From positions 4,613 through 68,612 of the forward strand of contig JAXDML010000002.1 of assembly GCA_034666125.1 (NCBI GenBank): DNA of 64,000 bases, in the 5' to 3' direction. Below the pieces are notes generated by a model that was not told the origin of the DNA, made no database searches, and saw nothing but the letters and a program-made list of their open reading frames with translations. Each line of letters opens with the position of its first letter. The stretch's first letter is position 1. Shown one piece after another: positions 9,052-17,693 of this stretch. Both the position numbers and the translations under genes were made by a program. This DNA is from Candidatus Parcubacteria bacterium. Lineage in GTDB: Bacteria > Patescibacteriota > Minisyncoccia > Phycocordibacterales > Phycocordibacteraceae.

Positions 9052-10342
9052 GAATTATACGGAGCAGTATCCACGAGCGATCCTACACATGGATGGGGAC
9101 TCGTTCTTCGCCTCCGTCGAGCAGGCGCTCGACTGGAGGTTACGCGGGAAACCGGTGGTAACAGGCGGGGAGCGCGGCGCGGCGACGGCCATGTCGTACG
9201 AAGCCAAGAAGATGGGCGTGCGGCGCAGCATGACCATGCGGGAGATTAAGAGGGTCTGTCCGGAGGCGATCGTCGTGCCGTCGAACTACACCGCGTACTC
9301 CATATACGCGCACCGCATGTACAAGATCGTGCGGTCCTTCACCCCGGAAGTGGAGGAGTACAGCATCGATGAATGCTTCGCGGATATCACGGGGCTCACC
9401 GAACGCTACGGCAAAACATACGAAGAGATCGGACAGATGATTAAGGCGCAGCTCGAACAGGACCTCGGCATCACCTTCGGTGTGGGGCTGGCGCCGAACA
9501 AGACCCTCGCGAAGGTGGCATCCTCGAAGAACAAGCCCGCAGGCTTCACGCCGCTACCGAGGGAAGCAATTCCGGAATTTCTCAAGGACCTGCCGATGGG
9601 GGCGATATGGGGCGTCGGTTTCTCGACCTCGATGCAGCTCGAACGCATGGGCGTGCGGACCGCGCTCGACTTCGCGACGAAGGACCGCGCGTGGCTCAAG
9701 GAGAAGAAGGTGAGCCTCCCTTACCAGAAGATATGGGCGGAACTGAACGGGGGATTCGCGCGTCGGCTCGGCGAGGACGGCGACGAGCGCATCGGCAGCA
9801 TCATCAAGTCGCATACCTTCAGGCCGACGCGCGACCGCGACTACATACTCTCGCAGCTATCCTCGAATCTCGAGGCCGCGTGCGCCAAGGCGCGACGCCA
9901 CAACGTGAAAGCGCGCTTCTGCCGCTTCTATCTCAAGACCCAGGATTTCACGTACGCGGGACTGACCCTCGATCTCACCGTGCCGCTCACGGATCCGCGC
10001 GAGTTCTTACGGGCCATAGAAGCGCGCTTTGATGATATCCACGACCCGGGCGAGACCTACCGCGCCACCGGCATCGGTCTCTATGCCCTTACGCGCGATG
10101 ACTCGGTCACTCCCGACATCTTCGGGGAAAGCGTCCGCGTCGAACAGGAAGCGCCGCTTATCGATGCCATCGACCACCTGAACCACAAGTACGGCCGACA
10201 CACCGTCTTCCTGGGCGAGAGCTTCGGCGCGGTCACGGACGGGGAAGCGTCGCGCAGGGAACGCGAGGAGCGCCGGTTCGCGCTCCCCATACACCAGCGC
10301 AAGAAGACGATTTCTATTCCGCATTTAGGCGTGGTGCGTTGA
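9044..10342 (+). CDS. dinB: Y-family DNA polymerase (DinB/UmuC-like)
   Basis: HMDGDSFFASVE, SYEAK, YSIDE, NKTLAKVAS; overlaps the lexA stop. Confidence 0.9.
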   Translation: MDRNYTEQYPRAILHMDGDSFFASVEQALDWRLRGKPVVTGGERGAATAMSYEAKKMGVRRSMTMREIKRVCPEAIVVPSNYTAYSIYAHRMYKIVRSFTPEVEEYSIDECFADITGLTERYGKTYEEIGQMIKAQLEQDLGITFGVGLAPNKTLAKVASSKNKPAGFTPLPREAIPEFLKDLPMGAIWGVGFSTSMQLERMGVRTALDFATKDRAWLKEKKVSLPYQKIWAELNGGFARRLGEDGDERIGSIIKSHTFRPTRDRDYILSQLSSNLEAACAKARRHNVKARFCRFYLKTQDFTYAGLTLDLTVPLTDPREFLRAIEARFDDIHDPGETYRATGIGLYALTRDDSVTPDIFGESVRVEQEAPLIDAIDHLNHKYGRHTVFLGESFGAVTDGEASRREREERRFALPIHQRKKTISIPHLGVVR

Positions 10343-10390
10343 AAGCTCAAAACTTAGCTGGCTAATAGACGCGAAGCATGATGATTCTAT

Positions 10391-10419
10391 TTGACTATAA
10401 CTATATAGTGTACTACTAT
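10391..10419 (+). promoter_or_regulatory. Sigma70 promoter TTGACT-N17-TACTAT
   Basis: Read directly; followed by a ~135-nt structured leader. Confidence 0.65.
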
Positions 10420-10560
10420 ATTGCTGGTCTGTTTGTACCTTGGCAGATCGGGAGAATGAAGAAACGTCTAGGCGGACTGGAATCCGCCTGTGCGTGAGGC
10501 CCGGAAAACCTCCATATCTCAAGGCCACGGACGGCCAATCCACAAGGTAGGAGACGGTTC

Positions 10561-11217
10561 ATGTCCAAGATCGAAAACCTTGACCAATTTCTTGGCCTCG
10601 TCGAAGCAAAAGCAATTCCCGGACACCTGTGCGAAGCCTGGGGCGGCAAAGACCCGCGTCAGATCGCACTCAAAGCGAAGTCTGCGGGCTGGTTTCGTCG
10701 ACACCCAGTATTGATGGGTACGCTGGTCTTCGCATTTCTGATGGTCATCAGCTTCATGCCCTTTGTCATTGGGAGATCCGCTACCTCCATCCTCATAAAT
10801 TATTTTGGATGGTGGCTTGCCATGAGTGCCGTCCTCATCAGCATCGCCATGGCGCTGTGGCATACGAGTTCCGCAAAGGAAAACGCCTGGCTGAAGGTCG
10901 GACCCTTTGCCGAAACCTATGACCAGATGCTGGAAACCCTCGGCCTCACGGCCGCGGAATGTGCCGTCATGGAGGAGGAAGCCCTGCGTCTCCTCGCAGA
11001 GCGCGAAATGGTCGACGCATGCAAGGATGTCCTCGAATATCAGCGCAGGACGCATAAGCTTCCGCCGACCGATAAGAAGCTCGATCGTGAGAAAGAACTT
11101 CGTAAAAAGGTCGCGCAGACCTACGACGCTCTCATTCCGTTCGAGCTCGTCTCGGCCGACGGCTTCGGGCCTTATTACGAGATGGCGGCTAACGAGCTCT
11201 ACGGCGAAGCCGCCTGA
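10561..11217 (+). CDS. Hypothetical two-TM membrane protein
   Basis: AGGAG SD; two TM helices then a helical C-terminus; own terminator. Confidence 0.65.
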   Translation: MSKIENLDQFLGLVEAKAIPGHLCEAWGGKDPRQIALKAKSAGWFRRHPVLMGTLVFAFLMVISFMPFVIGRSATSILINYFGWWLAMSAVLISIAMALWHTSSAKENAWLKVGPFAETYDQMLETLGLTAAECAVMEEEALRLLAEREMVDACKDVLEYQRRTHKLPPTDKKLDREKELRKKVAQTYDALIPFELVSADGFGPYYEMAANELYGEAA

Positions 11218-11235
11218 CTCCCGACTAATTGAAGC

Positions 11236-11276
11236 AGTGCGCCCGGCTGGACCAGTTCCGGTCGGGCGTGCACTTT
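11236..11276 (+). terminator. Terminator-like hairpin
   Basis: AGTGCGCCCGGCTGG...CCGGTCGGGCGTGCACTTT. Confidence 0.6.
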
Positions 11277-11351
11277 ATATAAATTCCGAAATCGTTCCAA
11301 ACTGCTTTTGAATTCACCATCCGTTCACTACCTTATATATACACTTTCCGC

Positions 11352-11483
11352 ATGGCATTCCGAACCGACAACCGTCATAGCATGCGCTTTCGCGCCCGCA
11401 GGCAGCTGCGGAGGTTCCGCGCCTCGCTCGATGCGGCCATAGACGGCCTGTTCACTGAGCGAGGACGACGGGCTGCTATCTAA
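11352..11483 (+). CDS. Putative 43-aa Arg-rich small protein
   Basis: TACACT-N6-ATG; MAFRTDNRHSMRFRARRQLRRFRASLDAAIDGLFTERGRRAAI*. Confidence 0.5.
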   Translation: MAFRTDNRHSMRFRARRQLRRFRASLDAAIDGLFTERGRRAAI

Positions 11484-11519
11484 TATCGGCCCTTTAGAAC
11501 GAGGTGCTACCATGTACGC

Positions 11520-12521
11520 ATGGGGGCGCTCCGTTCTTTATCCGCGCGCATAGGCCGGCACAAGCGCCGCGCACGCAACATTCTCCTCAGCGCGATCACC
11601 GCGCTCATCGTCGTTGCCGTCCTGTATTCATACCTGTTCGGACCGAGTGCGAAATACGCGAAGGCCGAGCAATTCGTCATTACTCCCGGTACGCCCACCA
11701 GCGAGGTCGCGCGACAGCTGAAGGACCAGGGTTTTGTAAAAAGCGCGTGGGTCGCGCGCGTTGTTCTTGCAAGTAAATCAAAGGAAGGAGTACGTCCCGG
11801 AGGGTACGATATCAGCAAACATATGGACCTCTGGACGCTGTCCGAGAAGTTCGCCGCTCCTCCGTACATGGTGTTCGTCACGATACCGGAGTCGGTGCGC
11901 AAGGAAGAAATCGGCGAGATACTTGCGCGGGAGCTTCGTTGGGACGAGGAGCAGAAACAGGAGTGGGAACGCGCGACCACGATGGACGCGGACCTTACCG
12001 AGGGCGTCTACTATCCGGACACGTATCTCATCCCGGGCGACCAGCCGCCCGCAAGCATTGCCGCCCGCCTGCGCGGACGCTTTGCCGACGTATTCGCGGC
12101 GTACGCCGACGAGGCGCGAGCGAAAGGTATGGACTGGAACGACGTGCTCACGCTCGCATCCTTGGTGGATAAGGAAGCGGCTGCCGACGATAAGCATCTG
12201 GTCGCGGGCATCCTCTGGAATCGCGTGGAGAAGGGAATGCTCCTCCAAGTGGATGCGACGCTTCAGTACATACGCGGGAACGAGGACGACTGGTGGCCGG
12301 TGCCGCGGTCTTCCGACAAGTACCTTGATTCACCTTTCAATACGTACCAGCACGGGGGGCTCCCGCCGCATCCGATCAACAATCCGCGCGTGGAGTCGGT
12401 CGAGGCGGTGCTCAACCCGACGTCCACCGACTGTCTCTTCTATATCCATTCAAACCAGCAGATATATTGCTCGGTCACGTACGCGGGGCAGGAAGCGAAC
12501 GTGGATAGGTACTTGCGGTAG
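11520..12521 (+). CDS. mltG: Endolytic transglycosylase MltG
   Basis: N-terminal TM; EGVYYPDTY, LASLVDKE, LQVDAT, SPFNTY..GLPPHPI.NP. Confidence 0.9.
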   Translation: MGALRSLSARIGRHKRRARNILLSAITALIVVAVLYSYLFGPSAKYAKAEQFVITPGTPTSEVARQLKDQGFVKSAWVARVVLASKSKEGVRPGGYDISKHMDLWTLSEKFAAPPYMVFVTIPESVRKEEIGEILARELRWDEEQKQEWERATTMDADLTEGVYYPDTYLIPGDQPPASIAARLRGRFADVFAAYADEARAKGMDWNDVLTLASLVDKEAAADDKHLVAGILWNRVEKGMLLQVDATLQYIRGNEDDWWPVPRSSDKYLDSPFNTYQHGGLPPHPINNPRVESVEAVLNPTSTDCLFYIHSNQQIYCSVTYAGQEANVDRYLR

Positions 12522-12561
12522 GTTCAGAACCTAACCTGTCAGCAGTGTTAAGCTGGTCCGT

Positions 12562-13104
12562 ATGACGGAAAACAATGTCATCTTTGATTTTGATTTGACG
12601 ATCGGACGCCTGGTAACAGACTGGGCTGAATGGCGAAAGGCAGTCTGGGAACTAGTAAAAACATTTGATTCCTCTTCTACCTACGGGCTAGAGCAAATCA
12701 CCCACGCTTCTCAGAATGACTTAATATTAAAATACGGCCCGGTCTTCAAAAAAGATCTCGACGAGGTAAATGAGAAGCTCGAGTCGAGCTCTATCGATAG
12801 TTTCGTGCCTAACGACAAGGTGGTCGCTTTTATACAAAGCACAGACAAGAATCTATATCTTTGGCCCTCTAATTCACATCCAACTGTATCAAAATATCTG
12901 AAGCCTCTCGGCATAGAAAAGAAGTTCCAAGCGATAGTCACGCGCGAACAGGTATCTCTACTTAAGCCTGACCCGGAAGGATTTTCTTTGATCCATAACT
13001 CCATCAATGCTCTTCATGACTACGTCCTTGTTGGAGATAGTCAATCTGACGCAACTGCTGCTTTAAATGCTGGAATGCGTTTCGTTCACGTAGACTCCTT
13101 CTAA
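12562..13104 (+). CDS. HAD-IA family hydrolase (AT-rich gene)
   Basis: FDFDLT, KPDPE, VGDSQSD..AA.NAGM. Confidence 0.85.
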   Translation: MTENNVIFDFDLTIGRLVTDWAEWRKAVWELVKTFDSSSTYGLEQITHASQNDLILKYGPVFKKDLDEVNEKLESSSIDSFVPNDKVVAFIQSTDKNLYLWPSNSHPTVSKYLKPLGIEKKFQAIVTREQVSLLKPDPEGFSLIHNSINALHDYVLVGDSQSDATAALNAGMRFVHVDSF

Positions 13105-13150
13105 AAATGTTTCAACGTCGCCCCAAACGGTCAGTCTGAAATAACGCGGT

Positions 13151-14401
13151 ATGGTTAGGGAAATGAAGGAGACTAAATACGACGTGGTCGTCATCGGAGG
13201 AGGAGCCGCGGGGACGATGGCTGCTGGCAAGGCCGCACAACAAGGGAAGCACGTACTTCTCCTTGAGCGCAACACGCGCCTCGGCGAGAAGCTCCGTATC
13301 TCGGGAGGCGGACGCTGCAACATCACGAACGCGGAACCCGACGAACGGAAACTCCTCAGCCACTACGGCCCAGCTGAGAAGTTCCTCCACTCCGCGTTCT
13401 CGCAGTTCGGTATGCGGGATACGTTCTCGTTCTTCGAGTCGAGAAGTCTTTCTCTCAAAGTGGAGACGAATAACCGGGCGTTCCCAGAGAGCGAGAAAGC
13501 GAGTGATGTAGTGCGCGTACTTGAGGAATATCTCAAGGAGGGGAAGGTCGAAGTACGTACCGAGACGGGCGTAGACAATATCGAGACGAAGAACGGTCGG
13601 ATAGAAAGAGTCGTTGCAGGAGGGAAGACATTCAGCGCCGATTCGTATATCCTCGCGACCGGCGGGCTCTCGCATCCGGAAACCGGTTCGACCGGAGACG
13701 GCTTCTCGTGGCTGCGCTCGCTCCGTCATATGATAGAGGATCCGACCCCCACCATCGTGCCGCTTAAAGTTAAGGAAGTATGGGTGAAGAAACTCTCGGG
13801 CGTAAGCGCGGAGGCGAAGCTCACATTCTTCGTGAACGGTAAGAAGAAGTTCTCAAAAGTAGGTCCTATGCTCTTTACGCACTTCGGCATATCGGGCCCC
13901 ACGGTATTGAACTCCTCAAGCAAAGTCGCCGATCTCCTTCAGGAGGGGGAAGTACGCGTGCGCATCGACCTGTATCCGAAGCTCGATCTCGGTGTACTTG
14001 ATAAGCGGATAGCGGGGGTATTTGATACAGGGAAGAACCGTCTTCTGCGGAATGCTTTCAAGGAGATCGCGCCTCCGGGAGCATCCGAGGCCCTCCTATC
14101 ACTCCTTCCCTCCATAGATCCGGAGAAGAAGGTGCATAGCGTGCTCAAGGAACAACGTCGGATGCTCGCGGAACTCTTAAAGAACCTCGAGCTTACGATA
14201 ACCGGCCTTCTCGGTTTCGAGCGCGCGGTGGTCGCGGATGGCGGACTTGTCCTGAACGAAGTCGATATGCGCACGATGCGCTCGAAGAAGTTCGAGAACC
14301 TTTTCGTGACGGGTGACTTACTCCATATACCCAGGCCTTCAGGCGGATATTCGCTGCAGCTTTGCTGGACGACGGGGTACGTGGCCGGGAGCAACGCTTA
14401 A
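13151..14401 (+). CDS. HI0933/BaiN family flavoprotein oxidoreductase
   Basis: GGGAAG, KLRISGGGRCNITN, ATGGLSHPETGSTGDG, LFTHFGISGP, GGYSLQ. Confidence 0.92.
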   Translation: MVREMKETKYDVVVIGGGAAGTMAAGKAAQQGKHVLLLERNTRLGEKLRISGGGRCNITNAEPDERKLLSHYGPAEKFLHSAFSQFGMRDTFSFFESRSLSLKVETNNRAFPESEKASDVVRVLEEYLKEGKVEVRTETGVDNIETKNGRIERVVAGGKTFSADSYILATGGLSHPETGSTGDGFSWLRSLRHMIEDPTPTIVPLKVKEVWVKKLSGVSAEAKLTFFVNGKKKFSKVGPMLFTHFGISGPTVLNSSSKVADLLQEGEVRVRIDLYPKLDLGVLDKRIAGVFDTGKNRLLRNAFKEIAPPGASEALLSLLPSIDPEKKVHSVLKEQRRMLAELLKNLELTITGLLGFERAVVADGGLVLNEVDMRTMRSKKFENLFVTGDLLHIPRPSGGYSLQLCWTTGYVAGSNA

Positions 14402-14462
14402 TTGACCCGGCGCTTAAATAAAGGTATTTTATACATAACCGCCCGCAGGGCATTTTTATTTT

Positions 14463-16265
14463 ATGGAGATACGGAACATAGCGATCATCGCGCACGTGGA
14501 CCACGGCAAGACCACGCTCACTGACGCCCTCATGCGCCAGACGGGAGCCGTTGCCGACGGGGTGTCGATGGATAGCAATACGCTCGAGCAGGAGCGCGGC
14601 ATCACGATCTATTCCAAGAACACCTCCATCGAATACAAGGGGACGAAGATAAACATCGTCGATACCCCGGGACACGCGGACTTCGGCTCGGAGGTGGAGC
14701 GCGTGCTCCGCTCCATCGACTCGGTGCTCCTGGTCGTGGACGCCCAGGAAGGGCCGATGCCGCAGACGCGCTTCGTGCTCAAGAAGTCTCTGGAACTGGG
14801 TTTGAAGCCCATCGTGGTGCTCAATAAGATAGATAAGCCGGCGGCCGATCCCGATCGCGCGGAAGAGCAGGTGCTGGAGCTTTTCCTCGAGCTCGGTGCG
14901 ACCGACGAGCAGGCCGACTTCAAGGTCCTGTACGCTATCGGCCGCGACGGGGTTGCGGGAAGGAAGCTCGAGGACATGCCGAGTAACGGCGGGGAGGCGC
15001 GCGACCTGAGGGCGCTTCTCGACCTTATCCTCGAGGAGGTACCGTCCGCAGTCACGCCGGAAGCGCTTGGGAAGCCTGTCCGCCTTCAAGCGTTCAATCT
15101 CGCGTACGACAACTTCCTCGGACGTCTCGCTATCGCGCGCGTGTACGAAGGTACTGTCCGTACCGGGGAGACCGTGACGGTGCTAAAACCCGACGGTGCG
15201 GCGCGCACCGGCAAGATCACGAAGGTCTTCACTTTCAAGGGCATCGAGCGCGTCGAGGTACCGGAGGCGCAGGCTGGCGACATCGTCATGATCGCGGGAC
15301 TTCCGGATATTTACATAGGCGAGACCGTGACGACCGACGCGGGCGTGGAGCCGCTTCCGGCCATCGCCATCGACGAGCCGACCATCACCGTGAACTTCCT
15401 CGTGAACAACTCGCCTTTTGCCGGACGCGAAGGGAAGTACGTGACGAGCCGCCAGCTGCGCGAATACCTCGAACGGGAGCTCGAGGTGAACGTGGGACTC
15501 AAGGTGGACTTCGTGTCGCCGGATTCCTTCAAGGTATCGGGACGCGGCGAGCTTCACATCGCGATCCTTCTTGAGAACATGCGCCGCTCCGGATACGAGA
15601 TGCAGGTGTCTCAGCCGCAGGTCATCATCCGCGAAGAGGAGGGGAAGAAGCTTGAACCTTTCGAGGAGGTCATCATCGATACGCCGAGCGCGTACCAGGG
15701 CGCGATCATCGAACGCCTCGGCACCCGCGCCTTCGTGCTCCAGAACATGGTGCAGCACGACGACCTCGTGCGCCTGACGCTCGAAGGTCCTACCCGCGGA
15801 CTCCTCGGCTACCGCAACCAGTTCGTCATCGATACCAAGGGCGAGGGCATCCTCTCCTCCCGGGTGCTCGGCTTCAAGCCGTTCGCAGGCGAGATCAAGA
15901 AGCGCGCGGTGGGCTCCATGATTTCCATGGCTACGGGCAAGGCGCTTGGGTACGCGCTCTGGGGGCTCCAGGAACGCGGCCTCCTTTACATAGGTCCGGC
16001 TACCGACGTGTATGAAGGCATGGTGCTCGGAAACACCTCGAAGGGCGAGGAGATGGTCGTGAACCCGACCAAGGGCAAGAACCTCACGAACGTGCGCTCC
16101 TCGGGCAACGACGAAGCGATCAACCTCGTGCCGCCGTTCACGCTCACCATCGAGCGCGGACTCGAAGTGATGGCAGGGGACGAGTACCTCGAGATCACGC
16201 CGGAAAGCGTCCGGCTGCGCAAGCAGCAGCTGACCGAGAGCGGTCGTGCGAAGGCGAAGCGATAA
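14463..16265 (+). CDS. typA: Translational GTPase TypA/BipA
   Basis: AHVDHGKTT, ERGITI, DTPGHADF, GRGELH, EITPESVRLRK. Confidence 0.97.
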   Translation: MEIRNIAIIAHVDHGKTTLTDALMRQTGAVADGVSMDSNTLEQERGITIYSKNTSIEYKGTKINIVDTPGHADFGSEVERVLRSIDSVLLVVDAQEGPMPQTRFVLKKSLELGLKPIVVLNKIDKPAADPDRAEEQVLELFLELGATDEQADFKVLYAIGRDGVAGRKLEDMPSNGGEARDLRALLDLILEEVPSAVTPEALGKPVRLQAFNLAYDNFLGRLAIARVYEGTVRTGETVTVLKPDGAARTGKITKVFTFKGIERVEVPEAQAGDIVMIAGLPDIYIGETVTTDAGVEPLPAIAIDEPTITVNFLVNNSPFAGREGKYVTSRQLREYLERELEVNVGLKVDFVSPDSFKVSGRGELHIAILLENMRRSGYEMQVSQPQVIIREEEGKKLEPFEEVIIDTPSAYQGAIIERLGTRAFVLQNMVQHDDLVRLTLEGPTRGLLGYRNQFVIDTKGEGILSSRVLGFKPFAGEIKKRAVGSMISMATGKALGYALWGLQERGLLYIGPATDVYEGMVLGNTSKGEEMVVNPTKGKNLTNVRSSGNDEAINLVPPFTLTIERGLEVMAGDEYLEITPESVRLRKQQLTESGRAKAKR

Positions 16266-16356
16266 AGACAGAAGCGCCGGGAGGCGTTTCTTGCTTCATG
16301 CAGGCTTCAGGGATAAAGCTCTAAAGTTACGGCATTACTCATTTACCGTTACGCAT

Positions 16357-16509
16357 ATGCTGATTACCATTGCCGCACTGCTTCTCGTCCTCTGGGTGCT
16401 CGGACTCGTAAGCTCGTACACGATCGGGGGCTTTATTCACATCCTCCTGGTCATCGCGATCATCATCGTCCTCGTGCGGATCATCCAGGGACGCAATCCG
16501 GTACCTTAG
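16357..16509 (+). CDS. lmo0937/DUF5670-like small membrane protein
   Basis: LLVLWVLG..SSYTIGGFIHILLVIA..IIQGR pattern. Confidence 0.8.
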   Translation: MLITIAALLLVLWVLGLVSSYTIGGFIHILLVIAIIIVLVRIIQGRNPVP

Positions 16510-16512
16510 CGT

Positions 16513-17037
16513 ATGCCGCGCGGCGAGAAGCGCGCATCTTTTGACTATTCGATCGACTTCGCGAAGACCGATTTCCGCAAGCACCCGGAACTCTATCGCA
16601 TCGGGAAGGGAGAGCGGGGGGTACTGCTGGTAGAGCCATACAAGTCGGAGATCCTGCCTCACTGGAGATTCAAGACGCCCGAGATCGCGAAAGCGTCGAG
16701 CGAGAAGATCCAGAGGATCTTCCTCGGCTATAAGCGAAAGAAGGATTTCGTCGGCATGGACATGGCGCGGAAGTTCCTGCAGATGGGCTATACCCGCGCG
16801 CGTCGCTATGCGAACCATGCGTCGGGACGGAAGTACGCATCGAATCCGCAGAACGAACGTACCGAGAAGCTTGAGCGTAAGGCGCGCACTAACGTACGGC
16901 CCCAGGAGACGGATTGGGATACGAACGAGAAGGCGCAGGCTGCGCGCATCTTCTATGAAGCGTACCTGAAGGTTCGGGAAGATCCCTCATACAAGACACT
17001 TAAAGCGGAACACGCCGCGCGTGAGAAAGGAACCTGA
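16513..17037 (+). CDS. DUF4385 family protein
   Basis: YRIGKGERGVLLVEPYKSEILPHWRFKTP, DMARKFLQMGYTRARRYANH. Confidence 0.85.
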   Translation: MPRGEKRASFDYSIDFAKTDFRKHPELYRIGKGERGVLLVEPYKSEILPHWRFKTPEIAKASSEKIQRIFLGYKRKKDFVGMDMARKFLQMGYTRARRYANHASGRKYASNPQNERTEKLERKARTNVRPQETDWDTNEKAQAARIFYEAYLKVREDPSYKTLKAEHAAREKGT

Positions 17038-17045
17038 TTAAGCAT

Positions 17046-17492
17046 ATGCCTAAGAAGCACAACACTACCGCGTTGCTTATCGTAGACCTGCAGAAAGGAT
17101 TTGGCACTACCGACAAGCTGGTCAAGGGGATCCTCAAGGCTGCGTCCGGGTACGATGTCGTAGTCGCGACGGAATTCGTGAACGGTCATGCCTTCTCCCC
17201 AAGAGCTTCAAGGGAGGACCTCAGGCTCGGCCCGCTTCCTCCCTCGGCAAAGGTTTTCAGGAAGAACACGTACGGCGTTCCTCCCGCGCTCATCGGCTAT
17301 CTTAAGAAGAAAGGAGTGCGGCATATCGATATCTGCGGTTTGGAGAGGGAAGCCTGCGTACTCGCGGCGGCCTTCAACCTGTGGGATGCCGAGATCCGGC
17401 CGCGTATCCTGAAAGACCTCGTAGGGACCAATAAGGGGAATGAGAACCTGCGCAAGCCCGCATTGCTCGTCATCCGTAAGAATTTTGAATAA
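17046..17492 (+). CDS. Isochorismatase/cysteine hydrolase family
   Basis: LLIVDLQKGF, K, ICGLEREACV. Confidence 0.8.
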   Translation: MPKKHNTTALLIVDLQKGFGTTDKLVKGILKAASGYDVVVATEFVNGHAFSPRASREDLRLGPLPPSAKVFRKNTYGVPPALIGYLKKKGVRHIDICGLEREACVLAAAFNLWDAEIRPRILKDLVGTNKGNENLRKPALLVIRKNFE

Positions 17493-17497
17493 CCTTC

Positions 17498-17526
17498 TTG
17501 CGCATCCAAGAGCAATCTGCTATAAT
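17498..17526 (+). promoter_or_regulatory. Promoter TTGCGC-N17-TATAAT (extended -10) for the helicase
   Basis: Read directly; implies a ~160-nt 5' UTR. Confidence 0.7.
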
Positions 17527-17693
17527 GCATCCACAATCGTTCTCCTAGTTTTGGCGTAGGTAGCCCCTATTGCCCCGGGAAATCGCCCCAAAGGCCAGCC
17601 CACGAAACTCTTGAGACCGCTTGGGTCTGGTTTAGAGCACCAGTATTACCATCCGCTCCGATCAGTTTTCGGGGCCACTTAGTTACAACCATA

